Positions 35,481 to 44,661 of a stretch of DNA of 64,000 nucleotides are shown here, in pieces; positions within the stretch are counted from its first letter, which is position 1, and every line of letters begins with the position of its first letter. This stretch comes from a bacterium. Its GTDB lineage: Bacteria; Armatimonadota; Zipacnadia; Zipacnadales; Zipacnadaceae. The DNA lies in contig JAUVZM010000001.1 of NCBI GenBank assembly GCA_030602615.1, positions 5,699 to 69,698 on the forward strand, written 5' to 3'. The notes under the pieces were generated by a model. It did no database searches. It had not been told where the DNA came from and worked only from the letters and a program-made list of their open reading frames with translations. Made by a program: the position numbers and the translations under genes.

Positions 35481-36261
35481 CTGCCGCCATACCTCCACCC
35501 GGTGGCATCGGCGTCGTGATCGGCTTGGTCAGTGTCGCCGAGATTTGCAAGCTAATCGGTTCATTAGGGCTGCCGGGTTCAACACCCGCAGCCCCAGAAG
35601 TCGCAGCGGCTTGCGGCAAACCAGCCAGTCCTGGCCTGCCGCCGGGCCCCATCGTCCCTGGGCCTGGCATGCCTGGAGGTATACTGCCGGGCCCCATCGC
35701 CCCTGGCCCCGGCATCCTGGATACGACACCGGTTGTTACCGCGCCTGCGCCAGTAGCCGCAATGCTGCGACCGCCCGGCACCCCAGAATAGCTGATATTG
35801 GTCAAATCAGGACAGCGCAGAAGGTTGAGCAGAAAACGCCCGACCTCGACCGTTCCTTGCACCATCACCGTGAACTGTACCGAGCTACCCCCGGTGATAC
35901 TAAAGCTAGACATCCTAGGCATCTGGGGCTCGGCCCAGATATACTTGTTAATGCTGTGGAAACGGTCAAAGTACTCCTCACCGGTTTTATCAGCTTTCTC
36001 CACAAAGTCAATCTTAGCCTTTATGGGATCGAGCCAGCCCTGTTTCTCGCTGATCTCGTCCTCCAGCTGAACTACCTTCTCAGCAGTCGGCTTTACCTCG
36101 GCAATCGCTTGTTCGGTCTTGGCGATCTCGCCGCGGATATCCTTGTGCTTGAGCCCGAAGCCAACCCCGACTACAACCAGGAGTATGATCCCGATTGTCA
36201 GGATCCGCTTATTGGTGCGAGCTATTGCAAAATGTCTGGGCAGCAGATCGATCTTAAGCAC
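35326..36261 (-). CDS. pilN: Type IV pilus assembly protein PilN-like
   Basis: GTG start with GAGGAG SD; KIDLLP (INLLP-type PilM-binding motif), TM, coiled coil. Confidence 0.8.
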   Translation of the reverse strand: MLKIDLLPRHFAIARTNKRILTIGIILLVVVGVGFGLKHKDIRGEIAKTEQAIAEVKPTAEKVVQLEDEISEKQGWLDPIKAKIDFVEKADKTGEEYFDRFHSINKYIWAEPQMPRMSSFSITGGSSVQFTVMVQGTVEVGRFLLNLLRCPDLTNISYSGVPGGRSIAATGAGAVTTGVVSRMPGPGAMGPGSIPPGMPGPGTMGPGGRPGLAGLPQAAATSGAAGVEPGSPNEPISLQISATLTKPITTPMPPGGGMAAVGAGMMGAMGGPGQMPIGPGSVRPPGPGGVGGMPGEPRQRPIGPSSIVPPR

Positions 36262-36272
36262 ACCGATCTCCT

Positions 36273-37382
36273 CTATTCGGACAGCATGTCGCGCATGGCC
36301 AACCCAAGGGCTACACAAGTGGCCGGACCTACGTCTCGCAAATACGCTTCACTCAGTTCATCCGCATCCCAAAGCAAGTATTGATAGGGTTGAACCACCT
36401 CAGCATCTACTCCGGTCTCAGTCGCCAGAAAGTCAGCCAGCCCCGGAATGACCGCCGACCCTCCCGACAACAATAGTCGACTGATTTCCTGACCGCCGTG
36501 CTGGCGTCGGTAGAAGTCCACAGTACGCCCCAGCTCGGTTGCCAGCTCAAAAAGGGCCTCCGATATCATCTCCTGCATTGCCTGCTTGGCTTCCGCAATC
36601 TGCTCTGGCTGCTCACCCGGCAGGCTGGCCAGATCCCGGGCATCAGCGAATTGACGCTTGGCCTGTTCCGCCTCTTGCTGGTCGGTGCCTAACTCGCGAC
36701 GAATGGCTGTGGTGAAGGTTTCCCCCGCAGTCGGAATAGCTCGAACAAACTCCAGGACGCCATCACGTAGAATGCTGATTTCCGTCTGGCTGGCGCCGAT
36801 ATGGGCAATGGCCACCGTCTGGTGGTTGTAGCCATTGGTGCTGACATTCACCAGTGCCCGACTCACCGCCAGCGGCTCAATGTCAATATGGATCGGGCGC
36901 AGCCCTGCCCCCCTAATCGCAGCTATGTGGGCGCCTACTGTGTCCTCCTGGGCCGCGGCCAGCAGTACGCTCATTTCGTCCCCTTCACCGCCGTCCGCTG
37001 ACTCGATAATCTGGTAGTCGTAGATGACCTGGTCAATGGGGAAGGGAACTTGCCGGTCCAGCTCATAGTCCATGGCGTCGCTTAGCTCTGCGCCTGACAT
37101 CCGCGGCATAGTGACCACGCGGACAGTGACCGAGGTAGTCCCTCCCACCGAGGCCACGACGGCTTTGGTAGTAAAGCCGCAATCGGCAACCATCTGGCTG
37201 ATGGTGCCAGCAACGGCGTCCTCGTCAACCACTACTCCTCCCGAGACACTACCGGAAGGAGTCGGCACATACCCAGGGCGACCAACCACCCGCAGGCCTT
37301 CGCCAGTCTTACGAAGTTGTACTGCTTTGATTGCATCGGCCCCAATATCCAGTCCCACAACATTGGTTGCACCGCGTGCCAT
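36273..37382 (-). CDS. pilM: Type IV pilus assembly protein PilM
   Basis: VGLDIGADAIK, LLAAA, IDIEPLAVSR, LLLSGGSA, ALGLAMR. Confidence 0.93.
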   Translation of the reverse strand: MARGATNVVGLDIGADAIKAVQLRKTGEGLRVVGRPGYVPTPSGSVSGGVVVDEDAVAGTISQMVADCGFTTKAVVASVGGTTSVTVRVVTMPRMSGAELSDAMDYELDRQVPFPIDQVIYDYQIIESADGGEGDEMSVLLAAAQEDTVGAHIAAIRGAGLRPIHIDIEPLAVSRALVNVSTNGYNHQTVAIAHIGASQTEISILRDGVLEFVRAIPTAGETFTTAIRRELGTDQQEAEQAKRQFADARDLASLPGEQPEQIAEAKQAMQEMISEALFELATELGRTVDFYRRQHGGQEISRLLLSGGSAVIPGLADFLATETGVDAEVVQPYQYLLWDADELSEAYLRDVGPATCVALGLAMRDMLSE

Positions 37383-37444
37383 CAGTAGCTCCTTCGCAAT
37401 CAGGCACCACTAGTTATCGCAGCTTCTAGCTACAAGCGTTAAAC

Positions 37445-37473
37445 AGTTTAGCCTAGTAAAGCTCTTTTGTCAA
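37445..37473 (-). promoter_or_regulatory. sigma70 promoter of the pilM operon
   Basis: TTGACA-17 bp-TAAACT on the minus strand. Confidence 0.7.
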
Positions 37474-37659
37474 GGCTATCTTGCCCGCAGAAGACCGCTG
37501 CCAAACCCCAAACCGGCGCACAAACCGCTGATTAACCTGCTCAGTTGGCTCTGTACCGTCTCCGGTAAGCCCGTCCGTACGCCGCAGTCCCCCCGGGGTT
37601 CGTTGGCCTGGTTTAATAGTATTATGGAGCTCATCACTGCAAACTCGGCGATTTATGCT

Positions 37660-37688
37660 TTGACTTTTCATCTATTCCTGAATATAAT
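37660..37688 (+). promoter_or_regulatory. sigma70 promoter of the receiver-domain gene
   Basis: TTGACT-17 bp-TATAAT. Confidence 0.75.
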
Positions 37689-37760
37689 AACACCTGATGA
37701 GAAAAGCCTGTGCGCTGCTAAGACCATCCCGACTAATCCATTGCCAGCTTATAGAAGAAA

Positions 37761-38135
37761 ATGGCCGAACATATTCTGCTCGTCGATGACAACGAGGGTT
37801 TTCTGGACGCTGCCCAAGAATTCTTTTCCAGCAAGGGATATCGGGTAAGTGCTGCCCAGGACGGGCAGGCCGCCCTGAAACTGGTAGCCCAGCAGCAGCC
37901 TGACATTATTCTCCTGGACGTAATGATGCCCCGGATGGATGGTTGGGAAACGCTAAAGATATTGCAGGACAATGAGCAAACCGCAGATATCCCCGTGCTT
38001 ATGCTGACAGCAGTGCGCGGCTCCGAATCAGTCAAAAAGAGTTTCGATGGCGGCAGTGTGTGGTATTATAGCAAACCGATCACCGATCACCACGACTTAC
38101 TGCTAGTCATCCGCCGCATCCTCGACCAGACCTAG
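37761..38135 (+). CDS. Single-domain response regulator (CheY/PilH-like)
   Basis: ILLVDD, PDIILLDVMMPRMDG, MLTA, SKP. Confidence 0.92.
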   Translation: MAEHILLVDDNEGFLDAAQEFFSSKGYRVSAAQDGQAALKLVAQQQPDIILLDVMMPRMDGWETLKILQDNEQTADIPVLMLTAVRGSESVKKSFDGGSVWYYSKPITDHHDLLLVIRRILDQT

Positions 38136-38330
38136 CTCCAGCCCACTGCTGGGCCCGCCCGGGTGCGCTAATGTCCGGGCCAATGTAGCTAGCTTTCAGG
38201 CTCTCCCGGTTGTGATATAGCAAAAACTCGGGCAAAGGCCGATCAAAGCGATGTAGCAGCTTGTGTGGACCTGTGAGCGGGAGGCGACCTTCTCTTGGCA
38301 AGTTCTCGGCACCAGCGCTTGGACGTGGCA

Positions 38331-39161
38331 TTAACCCTCTGACACACACCCATGATAGAAAGCTTCTGGGTACTTATCTAAGTACTCAGCATATAGATCG
38401 ATCAGCTCGCGCAGTTCTATCAGTCTGATGATAGCCTCTCCGATCTTGTCCAACCTCATGATGCCACGTTGCTGGCAGGGTCCTTCCATGAGCAGGAAGT
38501 CCGGGTAAGGACCGAAGCCTATATGCCATTCTTGTTTCCAAGAACTTTCTTCCTTCCACGAACCGACCAACCAGCTAAGTGTCGCCACGGGGGATGGATA
38601 TTTCTGCTGCAGCTCCTCAGAAGGTGTAAGCTTTTTCAGGATGAACTCTGGAAACTGAACACGCTCCTCGGCCAAGTGCATAGCGGTGCAACATCCTAGA
38701 GTAACGCCAAGTAGGAGGATGTGACCATTTGCTTCCATCACTTTATGCCAGCCCTGTACTAGTTCATTAGCCTGACGCCCAATGGCAGCCAACGAGTGGG
38801 TCGGGTGGGTGCTCCTTATTGCCTCTTCGCGCCGCCAGAAAGTATCAGGAATCCTGCCCGTCCAACAAGAATCTTTGTCGGGGGCAAAGGGGAGAAGTCT
38901 ATATTCCCAAGTGACCCCCTCGGCCTCTTCGTCGGGCGTTAGAGGAACTTCCTCGCGGTTGGTAGAATAGGTAGGCATCACCACAGTCCCAGTTCGTCCT
39001 ACAGTCTCCAGCAGAGCATCTATTACAGCGTCCGCTCCGCCCTTCACCCAGCCAAAGCTGGAAAGCGAACTGTGGACACCGACTATATGTCCTTCGCCTA
39101 ACCCCAGCCTGCGCAGCCCCTGCTTTATGTCTTCTTTGGTGACGACGGTTTGCTCAGTCAT
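38331..39161 (-). CDS. AAC(3)/YokD family N-acetyltransferase
   Basis: VHSSLSSFGWVKGGA, GTVVMPTYS, RSTHPTHSLAAIG, TAMHLAE. Confidence 0.88.
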   Translation of the reverse strand: MTEQTVVTKEDIKQGLRRLGLGEGHIVGVHSSLSSFGWVKGGADAVIDALLETVGRTGTVVMPTYSTNREEVPLTPDEEAEGVTWEYRLLPFAPDKDSCWTGRIPDTFWRREEAIRSTHPTHSLAAIGRQANELVQGWHKVMEANGHILLLGVTLGCCTAMHLAEERVQFPEFILKKLTPSEELQQKYPSPVATLSWLVGSWKEESSWKQEWHIGFGPYPDFLLMEGPCQQRGIMRLDKIGEAIIRLIELRELIDLYAEYLDKYPEAFYHGCVSEG

Positions 39162-39439
39162 TATGACTAACCTTTCTTAAACTTAATAGTTAGCACTGGG
39201 TAGACCAAATTGGCTACCTCTATCACGTGGAGGATGGTGGTAGCAGGGAGCATCGGGTAGCAGAGTTCGTAGGACCCCCGTAGTCTGGGAGGTGGGCTTG
39301 GGCTGAACTGTCACAGCGCTGCGTGGGTATCCATCGAACTCGGAGTTATGGCTATCGGGTAGCTGACGGACACCGCCGGCGGCAGGCAGTCTCCTGTACC
39401 CAATTCGGCTCAGTCCGGTGTCAAGCCCCAGCTCACCTG

Positions 39440-39760
39440 CTAGCCAAACTTATACGCCACGCCGAAGCCGCCCCGCGGGTACTCCCACTCGAAGTTATCA
39501 TAGGGGCAGACTACCCGGCAGGTCCCGCACTCCAGGCAGTTCTCGTAAGCAATCTCCAGAACCTGCTCGTCTTCCAGCCAGCGGTATACCTCAGCCGGGC
39601 ACTTGCTAATACACGGCTTCATCTCACAGCCGACGCAGGTCTCCGAATCAATGACTGCCAGATGTGAGTTTTCCTCATCCACCTCATACTTGACCGTATA
39701 GAGCCTATCGTCCAGGCCTTTGTTGGCGTCGGGCTTCATAATGACCGGGTCGTTGCTCAT
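39440..39760 (-). CDS. fixX: Ferredoxin-like protein FixX/EtfX
   Basis: CxxCxxKPCxxxCPA, ENCLECGTCRVVC, WEYPRGGFGV. Confidence 0.93.
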   Translation of the reverse strand: MSNDPVIMKPDANKGLDDRLYTVKYEVDEENSHLAVIDSETCVGCEMKPCISKCPAEVYRWLEDEQVLEIAYENCLECGTCRVVCPYDNFEWEYPRGGFGVAYKFG

Positions 39761-41103
39761 ATAAATGACAGTCCTCCATCAATGGCATCCCACGCCATCC
39801 CCCAGGGCTTGCGCCGCCGCAGGGCTTCCTTGATTATCTCCCATTGCTTCTGCCGCTTGGTCTTATCGTCTACCGTCAGCATCTGTTCAAAGGCCCAGGC
39901 CGCCAGCGCCGGATAGACACTGAGAACCGGATGGTGCTCCATAAACTTGGTGGCCTTGCGATATTTGCGCAGATCGGCAATAGTCGGCGCGGTCTCTGCC
40001 AGGCGCTGGCGGTAGTGGCCGAGCACCTGCGCCGAGAAATTGCCCTTCTCGTGCGCGTCAATTGCCGTCTCAGCCGCCGTCTTCCCTGACAGGATAGCGT
40101 GATTGCTGCCCTCCCGATGCAGACCGTTGACCAGTTGGGCGGCATCACCGGCGATCATCACTCCGTGACCGAACAGCGTCGGCATCTTGTTGTAGCCGCC
40201 CTCGGGAATAAGGTGCGCCATATACTCGGCCGGCTCCGCCCCCTCAATCAGGGGAGCGACCGCCGGATGGCGTTTTAGCTCCTGGAGCAAATCATGGGGC
40301 GTGTCGGGGATCTCGGCGAATTCCGATAGCAGCACCCCCAACCCCAGCGACAGCGAGTTCTGGTTGGTATACAAGAACGCCGTCCCCAGCATGCCCCTGG
40401 TTGGCGCGCCGAACATCTCAATAGTGGCCCCCTCCCCCTCGTTCAGCCCGAAGCGCTCCTCAATGATCTCGGGATCCAGGCGCAAGACCTCCTTGACCGT
40501 CACCGCCGCAACATCGGGCTTCAGATCCTCCTGCATGCCCAGGGCGCACGTCAACTGGGGGTTGACACCCTCGGCCAGAATGACCACGGGCGCATACACG
40601 TCACCATCCGCACGCCCGGTGCGCACGCCAACCACATGGCCGTCGTCCTGCAGCACCTCGTCCACCTTGGTCTCGTTGATGATCAGCGCGCCGGCGGCCT
40701 CGGCCTGTTCGGCAAAGTACTGGTCTATCTTCACTCGCAGGACCGTGAAACAGTTGGGCACCCCCTCGGCGAAATGGGGGCTGCGGTAGCCCATCTTGAT
40801 GACCGAATCCTCGGTCATAATCCACTGGTTCTGCTCGATCACGCAGCGCTCCAGCGGCGCCTCTTTCCAGAACTCCGGCCACACCTGAGCCGTCGGCCGT
40901 GTATAGAGCACCCCACCCATCATATTCTTGGTGCCCGGCTTGCGCCCACGCTCGATGATAATGGTATCGAGGCCCGCCCGCGCGCAGACCGTCCCCGCCG
41001 CCAGCCCCGCCGGCCCGGCCCCGACCACAATCACATCAAACTCGAGCTTGTCCGGCATGCCCGTTTCGGCAGTACCAACTTCCGCGACTTGCGTTTCCGT
41101 CAT
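39757..41103 (-). CDS. fixC: FAD-dependent ETF:quinone oxidoreductase FixC/EtfC
   Basis: VVGAGPAG, ERG..PGTKNMMGG, EYMAHLIPEGG, AGDAA, HREGSN. Confidence 0.93.
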   Translation of the reverse strand: MTETQVAEVGTAETGMPDKLEFDVIVVGAGPAGLAAGTVCARAGLDTIIIERGRKPGTKNMMGGVLYTRPTAQVWPEFWKEAPLERCVIEQNQWIMTEDSVIKMGYRSPHFAEGVPNCFTVLRVKIDQYFAEQAEAAGALIINETKVDEVLQDDGHVVGVRTGRADGDVYAPVVILAEGVNPQLTCALGMQEDLKPDVAAVTVKEVLRLDPEIIEERFGLNEGEGATIEMFGAPTRGMLGTAFLYTNQNSLSLGLGVLLSEFAEIPDTPHDLLQELKRHPAVAPLIEGAEPAEYMAHLIPEGGYNKMPTLFGHGVMIAGDAAQLVNGLHREGSNHAILSGKTAAETAIDAHEKGNFSAQVLGHYRQRLAETAPTIADLRKYRKATKFMEHHPVLSVYPALAAWAFEQMLTVDDKTKRQKQWEIIKEALRRRKPWGMAWDAIDGGLSFI

Positions 41104-41120
41104 TACTTATGTCTCCTCAA

Positions 41121-41588
41121 CTAATTCGGTACGACAGGCGTCCCGCCTGTCGCCTCCGCTGTTGTGTCCTTCAGTGGCACAGGCATCCTGCCTGTGTGTG
41201 GTGGCCGCCTTCTGCGAACGGTCCACAGATACCCTCCTGCGGCGAATGAAAGTATGATTAAGGCCGAATACGTGACAGGTACGTAAAGGGGTCCTGCTTC
41301 CGGCGAGGAAGCCGGGCTAAGCAACATATAAGCCACCACCGCTATCCCGACGGCTGTCGCGACCAAAACTCCTCCTTTTGCAGACCAGGCGACCGCGTAC
41401 CCAACGAGAAAACCGAGAACTAAAGGTGAAGCCAGGAAACTATACCCTACCAAGAGACTGAGTAGGCGGCCATGTCGACCTTCCAAAACTGGGGTGTTAA
41501 TAAATGCGAAAAACACCCCTACAGACAGGGCCATGTAGAGCACCACAAATAGTAACACCCAACCCGCACTCCTTAGAACGCGTGACAT
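41121..41588 (-). CDS. 4-TM hypothetical membrane protein inserted in the fix operon
   Basis: Four hydrophobic segments; looks lower in GC than neighbours; C-terminus runs through REP-like repeats. Confidence 0.6.
   Translation of the reverse strand: MSRVLRSAGWVLLFVVLYMALSVGVFFAFINTPVLEGRHGRLLSLLVGYSFLASPLVLGFLVGYAVAWSAKGGVLVATAVGIAVVAYMLLSPASSPEAGPLYVPVTYSALIILSFAAGGYLWTVRRRRPPHTGRMPVPLKDTTAEATGGTPVVPN
41129..41196. repeat. Two REP-like palindromes
   Basis: GTAC-GACAGGCGTCCCGCCTGTC (41129-41151) and GTGG-CACAGGCATCCTGCCTGTG (41174-41196). Confidence 0.7.
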
Positions 41589-41645
41589 GTCCTCGTCTCC
41601 TTTCTCCACGCAACCGAGACAACCAGCGCGCAGCAGCCGACCTCT

Positions 41646-42935
41646 CTACGTACCCCCATCCCCCAGCAGCTTCTCTTTGAGATTTCCTGCTTTGGCCTGC
41701 TTGATCAGCTCCGGGACAACCTCATACAGATCGCCGACGATGCCAAAGTCGGCGATCTGGAAGATATTGGCCTCCGGGTCGCTGTTGATCGCCACGATAG
41801 TATCGGCGGTCTGCATCCCGACGCGATGCTGAATAGCCCCAGAGATGCCTGCCGCAATGTACAGGCGGGGGCGGACGGTAAGACCAGTCTGCCCCACCTG
41901 ATAGTCGTGCGATATCCAGCCGGCATCCACCGTCGCCCGTGATGCACCCATCACCCCGCCTAGCGCATCCGCCAACTCCTTCATCAGCTCAAATCCCCTG
42001 GGGCTACCCAGCCCCCGGCCGCCGGCGCAGATGATCTCGGCATACTGCAAGTTGGGCTTGTCCAGGTCGGCGTCGGGCCGGAATTCCTCAACAGCCACAC
42101 CGATGTCCTCTTCGCTGACCTCCAGTGTCTCGCGGACAATCGCCACCTGGCGAGTCTCGTCCGGCGCCAGCGCCTCCATCACTCGCGGGCGCACCGTAGA
42201 CATCTGCGGGCGATGCTCCTTGCACAGGATCGTCGCCATAATATTGCCGCCAAAGGCCGGGCGCGTCTGGCGCAGCAGCCTGGCTTGCTCGTCAATCACC
42301 AGACCGGTGCAATCCGCGGTCAGGCCGGTGTGCAAGTCGGTGGCAATCGCTCCCGCCAGGTCCCGCCCCAGCGTAGTTGCCCCAATCAGCACAATCTCTG
42401 GTCTATACTCACGAACGAGCTTTAGGCAGCCTTCGGCAAACGGATGCGTGCGGTAGTGAGCCAGCAGCGGGTCGTCAATCACGTAAGCTTTATCCGCCCC
42501 GTAGTACCCGGTGGCAACGGCAACATCGTCCACGTCTTCGCCTAGCACCATCGCCGCCAGCTCGCAGCCCAACGCATCGGCCAGCTCGCGGCCCTTGCCC
42601 AGAAGCTCCCAACTGACCGGATGCACCTGGCCGCCGCTCTGCTCAATGTAGATCCACACGCCCTGATATTCGGCCAGGCCGGCTTCCAGCTCGGGAGCGA
42701 CTTCTTCAGCAACCTCAGGTTCCGCCGCTTCCTCGGCCTCTTCTTCGCCCTCAAAGTACAGGCAGTCAGTCGGGCAAACCTTGATGCACTTGCCGCAGCC
42801 CGTGCATAGCTCGTAGTCAATGACGGCCACATCGCCCTCCATGTGGATCGCATCAAACGGGCATTCGCCTTCGCAAAGCCCGCAGACAATGCACTGACCG
42901 GCAATGATTTGCAATTTGCGCTTAGCTTTTCGCAT
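41646..42935 (-). CDS. fixB: ETF alpha subunit with N-terminal 2x[4Fe-4S] domain
   Basis: CIVCGLCEGECP and CTGCGKCIKVCP; GLTADC, RPAFGGN, QVGQTG, GISGAIQH. Confidence 0.93.
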   Translation of the reverse strand: MRKAKRKLQIIAGQCIVCGLCEGECPFDAIHMEGDVAVIDYELCTGCGKCIKVCPTDCLYFEGEEEAEEAAEPEVAEEVAPELEAGLAEYQGVWIYIEQSGGQVHPVSWELLGKGRELADALGCELAAMVLGEDVDDVAVATGYYGADKAYVIDDPLLAHYRTHPFAEGCLKLVREYRPEIVLIGATTLGRDLAGAIATDLHTGLTADCTGLVIDEQARLLRQTRPAFGGNIMATILCKEHRPQMSTVRPRVMEALAPDETRQVAIVRETLEVSEEDIGVAVEEFRPDADLDKPNLQYAEIICAGGRGLGSPRGFELMKELADALGGVMGASRATVDAGWISHDYQVGQTGLTVRPRLYIAAGISGAIQHRVGMQTADTIVAINSDPEANIFQIADFGIVGDLYEVVPELIKQAKAGNLKEKLLGDGGT

Positions 42936-42941
42936 CAGACC

Positions 42942-43769
42942 TCACTTCTCTGCTGTGCCCGCCTCGACACGTTGTATTAGCTTATCCACCAACTCTTGAA
43001 CGGCAGCCGCGGAGTCGTCGCGCCCACCGGCGATGATCTCTCCTGCTTCGGGTTGCGGTGGCGGGAAGATCTCCGAGACGGTGGTCGGCGAGCCGTTCAG
43101 GCCCAGGAATTGCTCTTCGACATCGAGGTCATCACTGGTCCAGACCTCCGGCTCGTAGCGAGCTGCCCGAATCATCTCTGGCAGCGAAGCGTATTCCAGT
43201 TCGTTAATTTCTTCTACAACGGTAACCACCGCCGGCAGCCGGGCCTTGACGACCTCGACGCCATCTTCCAGCCGGCGCTCGACGGTGATCGTGCCTGCTT
43301 CCACGTCAACGTCCGGAATGCCGATAGCGTAGGTAATCTGCGGCCAGCCCAGCCGCCGTGCTATTCCCGGGCCGACCTGGGCGGTATCACCGTCAATCGC
43401 CTGCTTGCCACACAGCACCAGGTCCATTCCCTGCTCGTCAGCAATTCGCCGCAGCCCAGCCGTCAGCGCATAGCTGGTCGCCCACGTATCGGCGCCCGCA
43501 AAGGCGCGATCCGACAGGAGAATCCCCCGGTCCGCCCCCATGCTCACGCACTTCTTAATTGCCTCAACCGCCTGGGGCGGGCCCATTGACAGCACCGTCA
43601 GATGGGCGCCGTATTTCGCTTTCAAGTGTTGGGCCGCCTGGGTAGCATGAGCATCGAAGGGGTTGACAATGGCGGGGACGCCCTCGCGGATGAGGGTATT
43701 AGTCTCCGGATCAATGCGCACCTCGGTAGTATCCGGCACCTGCTTGACACATATCACAATCTTGAGCAT
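42942..43769 (-). CDS. fixA: ETF beta subunit
   Basis: CVKQVPDT, NPFD, DRAFAGADTWATS, GKQAIDGDTAQVG. Confidence 0.94.
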   Translation of the reverse strand: MLKIVICVKQVPDTTEVRIDPETNTLIREGVPAIVNPFDAHATQAAQHLKAKYGAHLTVLSMGPPQAVEAIKKCVSMGADRGILLSDRAFAGADTWATSYALTAGLRRIADEQGMDLVLCGKQAIDGDTAQVGPGIARRLGWPQITYAIGIPDVDVEAGTITVERRLEDGVEVVKARLPAVVTVVEEINELEYASLPEMIRAARYEPEVWTSDDLDVEEQFLGLNGSPTTVSEIFPPPQPEAGEIIAGGRDDSAAAVQELVDKLIQRVEAGTAEK

Positions 43770-43862
43770 TGGTTCTTTCACTCTCTTATCATTCACACAC
43801 AATAAGCGGCCGGCATCGGCCGCGTCTGGCCTCGACAATGCCTATTCGCCACCAGACCCGCA

Positions 43863-43963
43863 TCTTCCTCTTCAAACCTGATGATGTGGTAGAATCAGGA
43901 AGCAGACCCGATCACAAACAGGCACATTTAGTTGATCACAAGATCGGCGGCTTGGCTATCGGT
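43863..43963. repeat. About 100-bp imperfect direct repeat, copy 1 (fixA upstream region)
   Basis: TCTTCCTCTTCAAACCTGATGATGTGGTAGAATCAGGAAGCAG...TTTAGTTGATCACAA matches 46018-46119. Confidence 0.9.
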
Positions 43964-44055
43964 TGTGGCCAGAGAGGAGGCGGACTCGCCTGGCAGCCAA
44001 GGCCCACTGGTGAGCAAGCGAGCGTGCATTGGCAGAGGGAAACCATAAGGCATTC

Positions 44056-44661
44056 TCACCGCACCAAGTCCAGCAGTCCATCCCGAAACACCTGGAAGCT
44101 CCTGGAGCGATTTCGCTCCGGGTCCATATGCATACTGATCCTGGAGGCCGCCTCCAGTTTTGCCAGGCCGGTTGGATAGTAACCTGCCCGTTTCAGGACA
44201 CGCTCCAGAGCCTCCCAAGTCCCCCCCGGGACGGCGTCTGGATCTCGGTAGTTGGCCCGATTCCCGAGCGTGGCGGGGACCGCCGGATAAGCCGCAACCA
44301 GCGCCTCAACATCCCCAAAGAACCAAGCCTCCAACTCCTCAACTGCGATACGGTTCAGGACTTGGAAATACTCCGTGCCGACCTGTGATCTCGTGACAAG
44401 TCCCGCCCGTTGCGCACAGTCCTCCAACTGGCTTTTGAGCCTCAAGCAGTCCTGACGGTCTTCGTCAATCAAGACCAGTATGCGCTGGTCGTCGGAGGGC
44501 GATAATGCGTAACCGCTTAAGCGGTCCGGCAGCTTCGTCAACAAATCGTCCTTGCCTTGGAACGGGTGTATCTGGTAAGTGTGGTCCCCCAGGAGTCTCG
44601 GCAGCAGGTTCATCAGAGCGGCTTCTGCAGAGAGCTCTTCGACAAGGATTTCTACATGCAT
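44056..44661 (-). CDS. DUF4276-like (TOPRIM-type) protein
   Basis: [37 protein letters not shown]; overlaps the ATPase stop. Confidence 0.8.
   Translation of the reverse strand: MHVEILVEELSAEAALMNLLPRLLGDHTYQIHPFQGKDDLLTKLPDRLSGYALSPSDDQRILVLIDEDRQDCLRLKSQLEDCAQRAGLVTRSQVGTEYFQVLNRIAVEELEAWFFGDVEALVAAYPAVPATLGNRANYRDPDAVPGGTWEALERVLKRAGYYPTGLAKLEAASRISMHMDPERNRSRSFQVFRDGLLDLVR

Noticed and set aside
38331-39161. A bona fide aminoglycoside resistance gene
   Set aside because: The family includes many non-resistance members; motifs alone do not give the substrate.
39440-43769. Nitrogen fixation inferred from fixABCX
   Set aside because: No nif genes are in the window, and EtfABCX occurs in non-diazotrophs.
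43863-43963. The repeat as a fluoride riboswitch, Rex box or integron attC
   Set aside because: Only fragments match (CTGATGA, TTGTGA); the required pairing or palindrome is missing.
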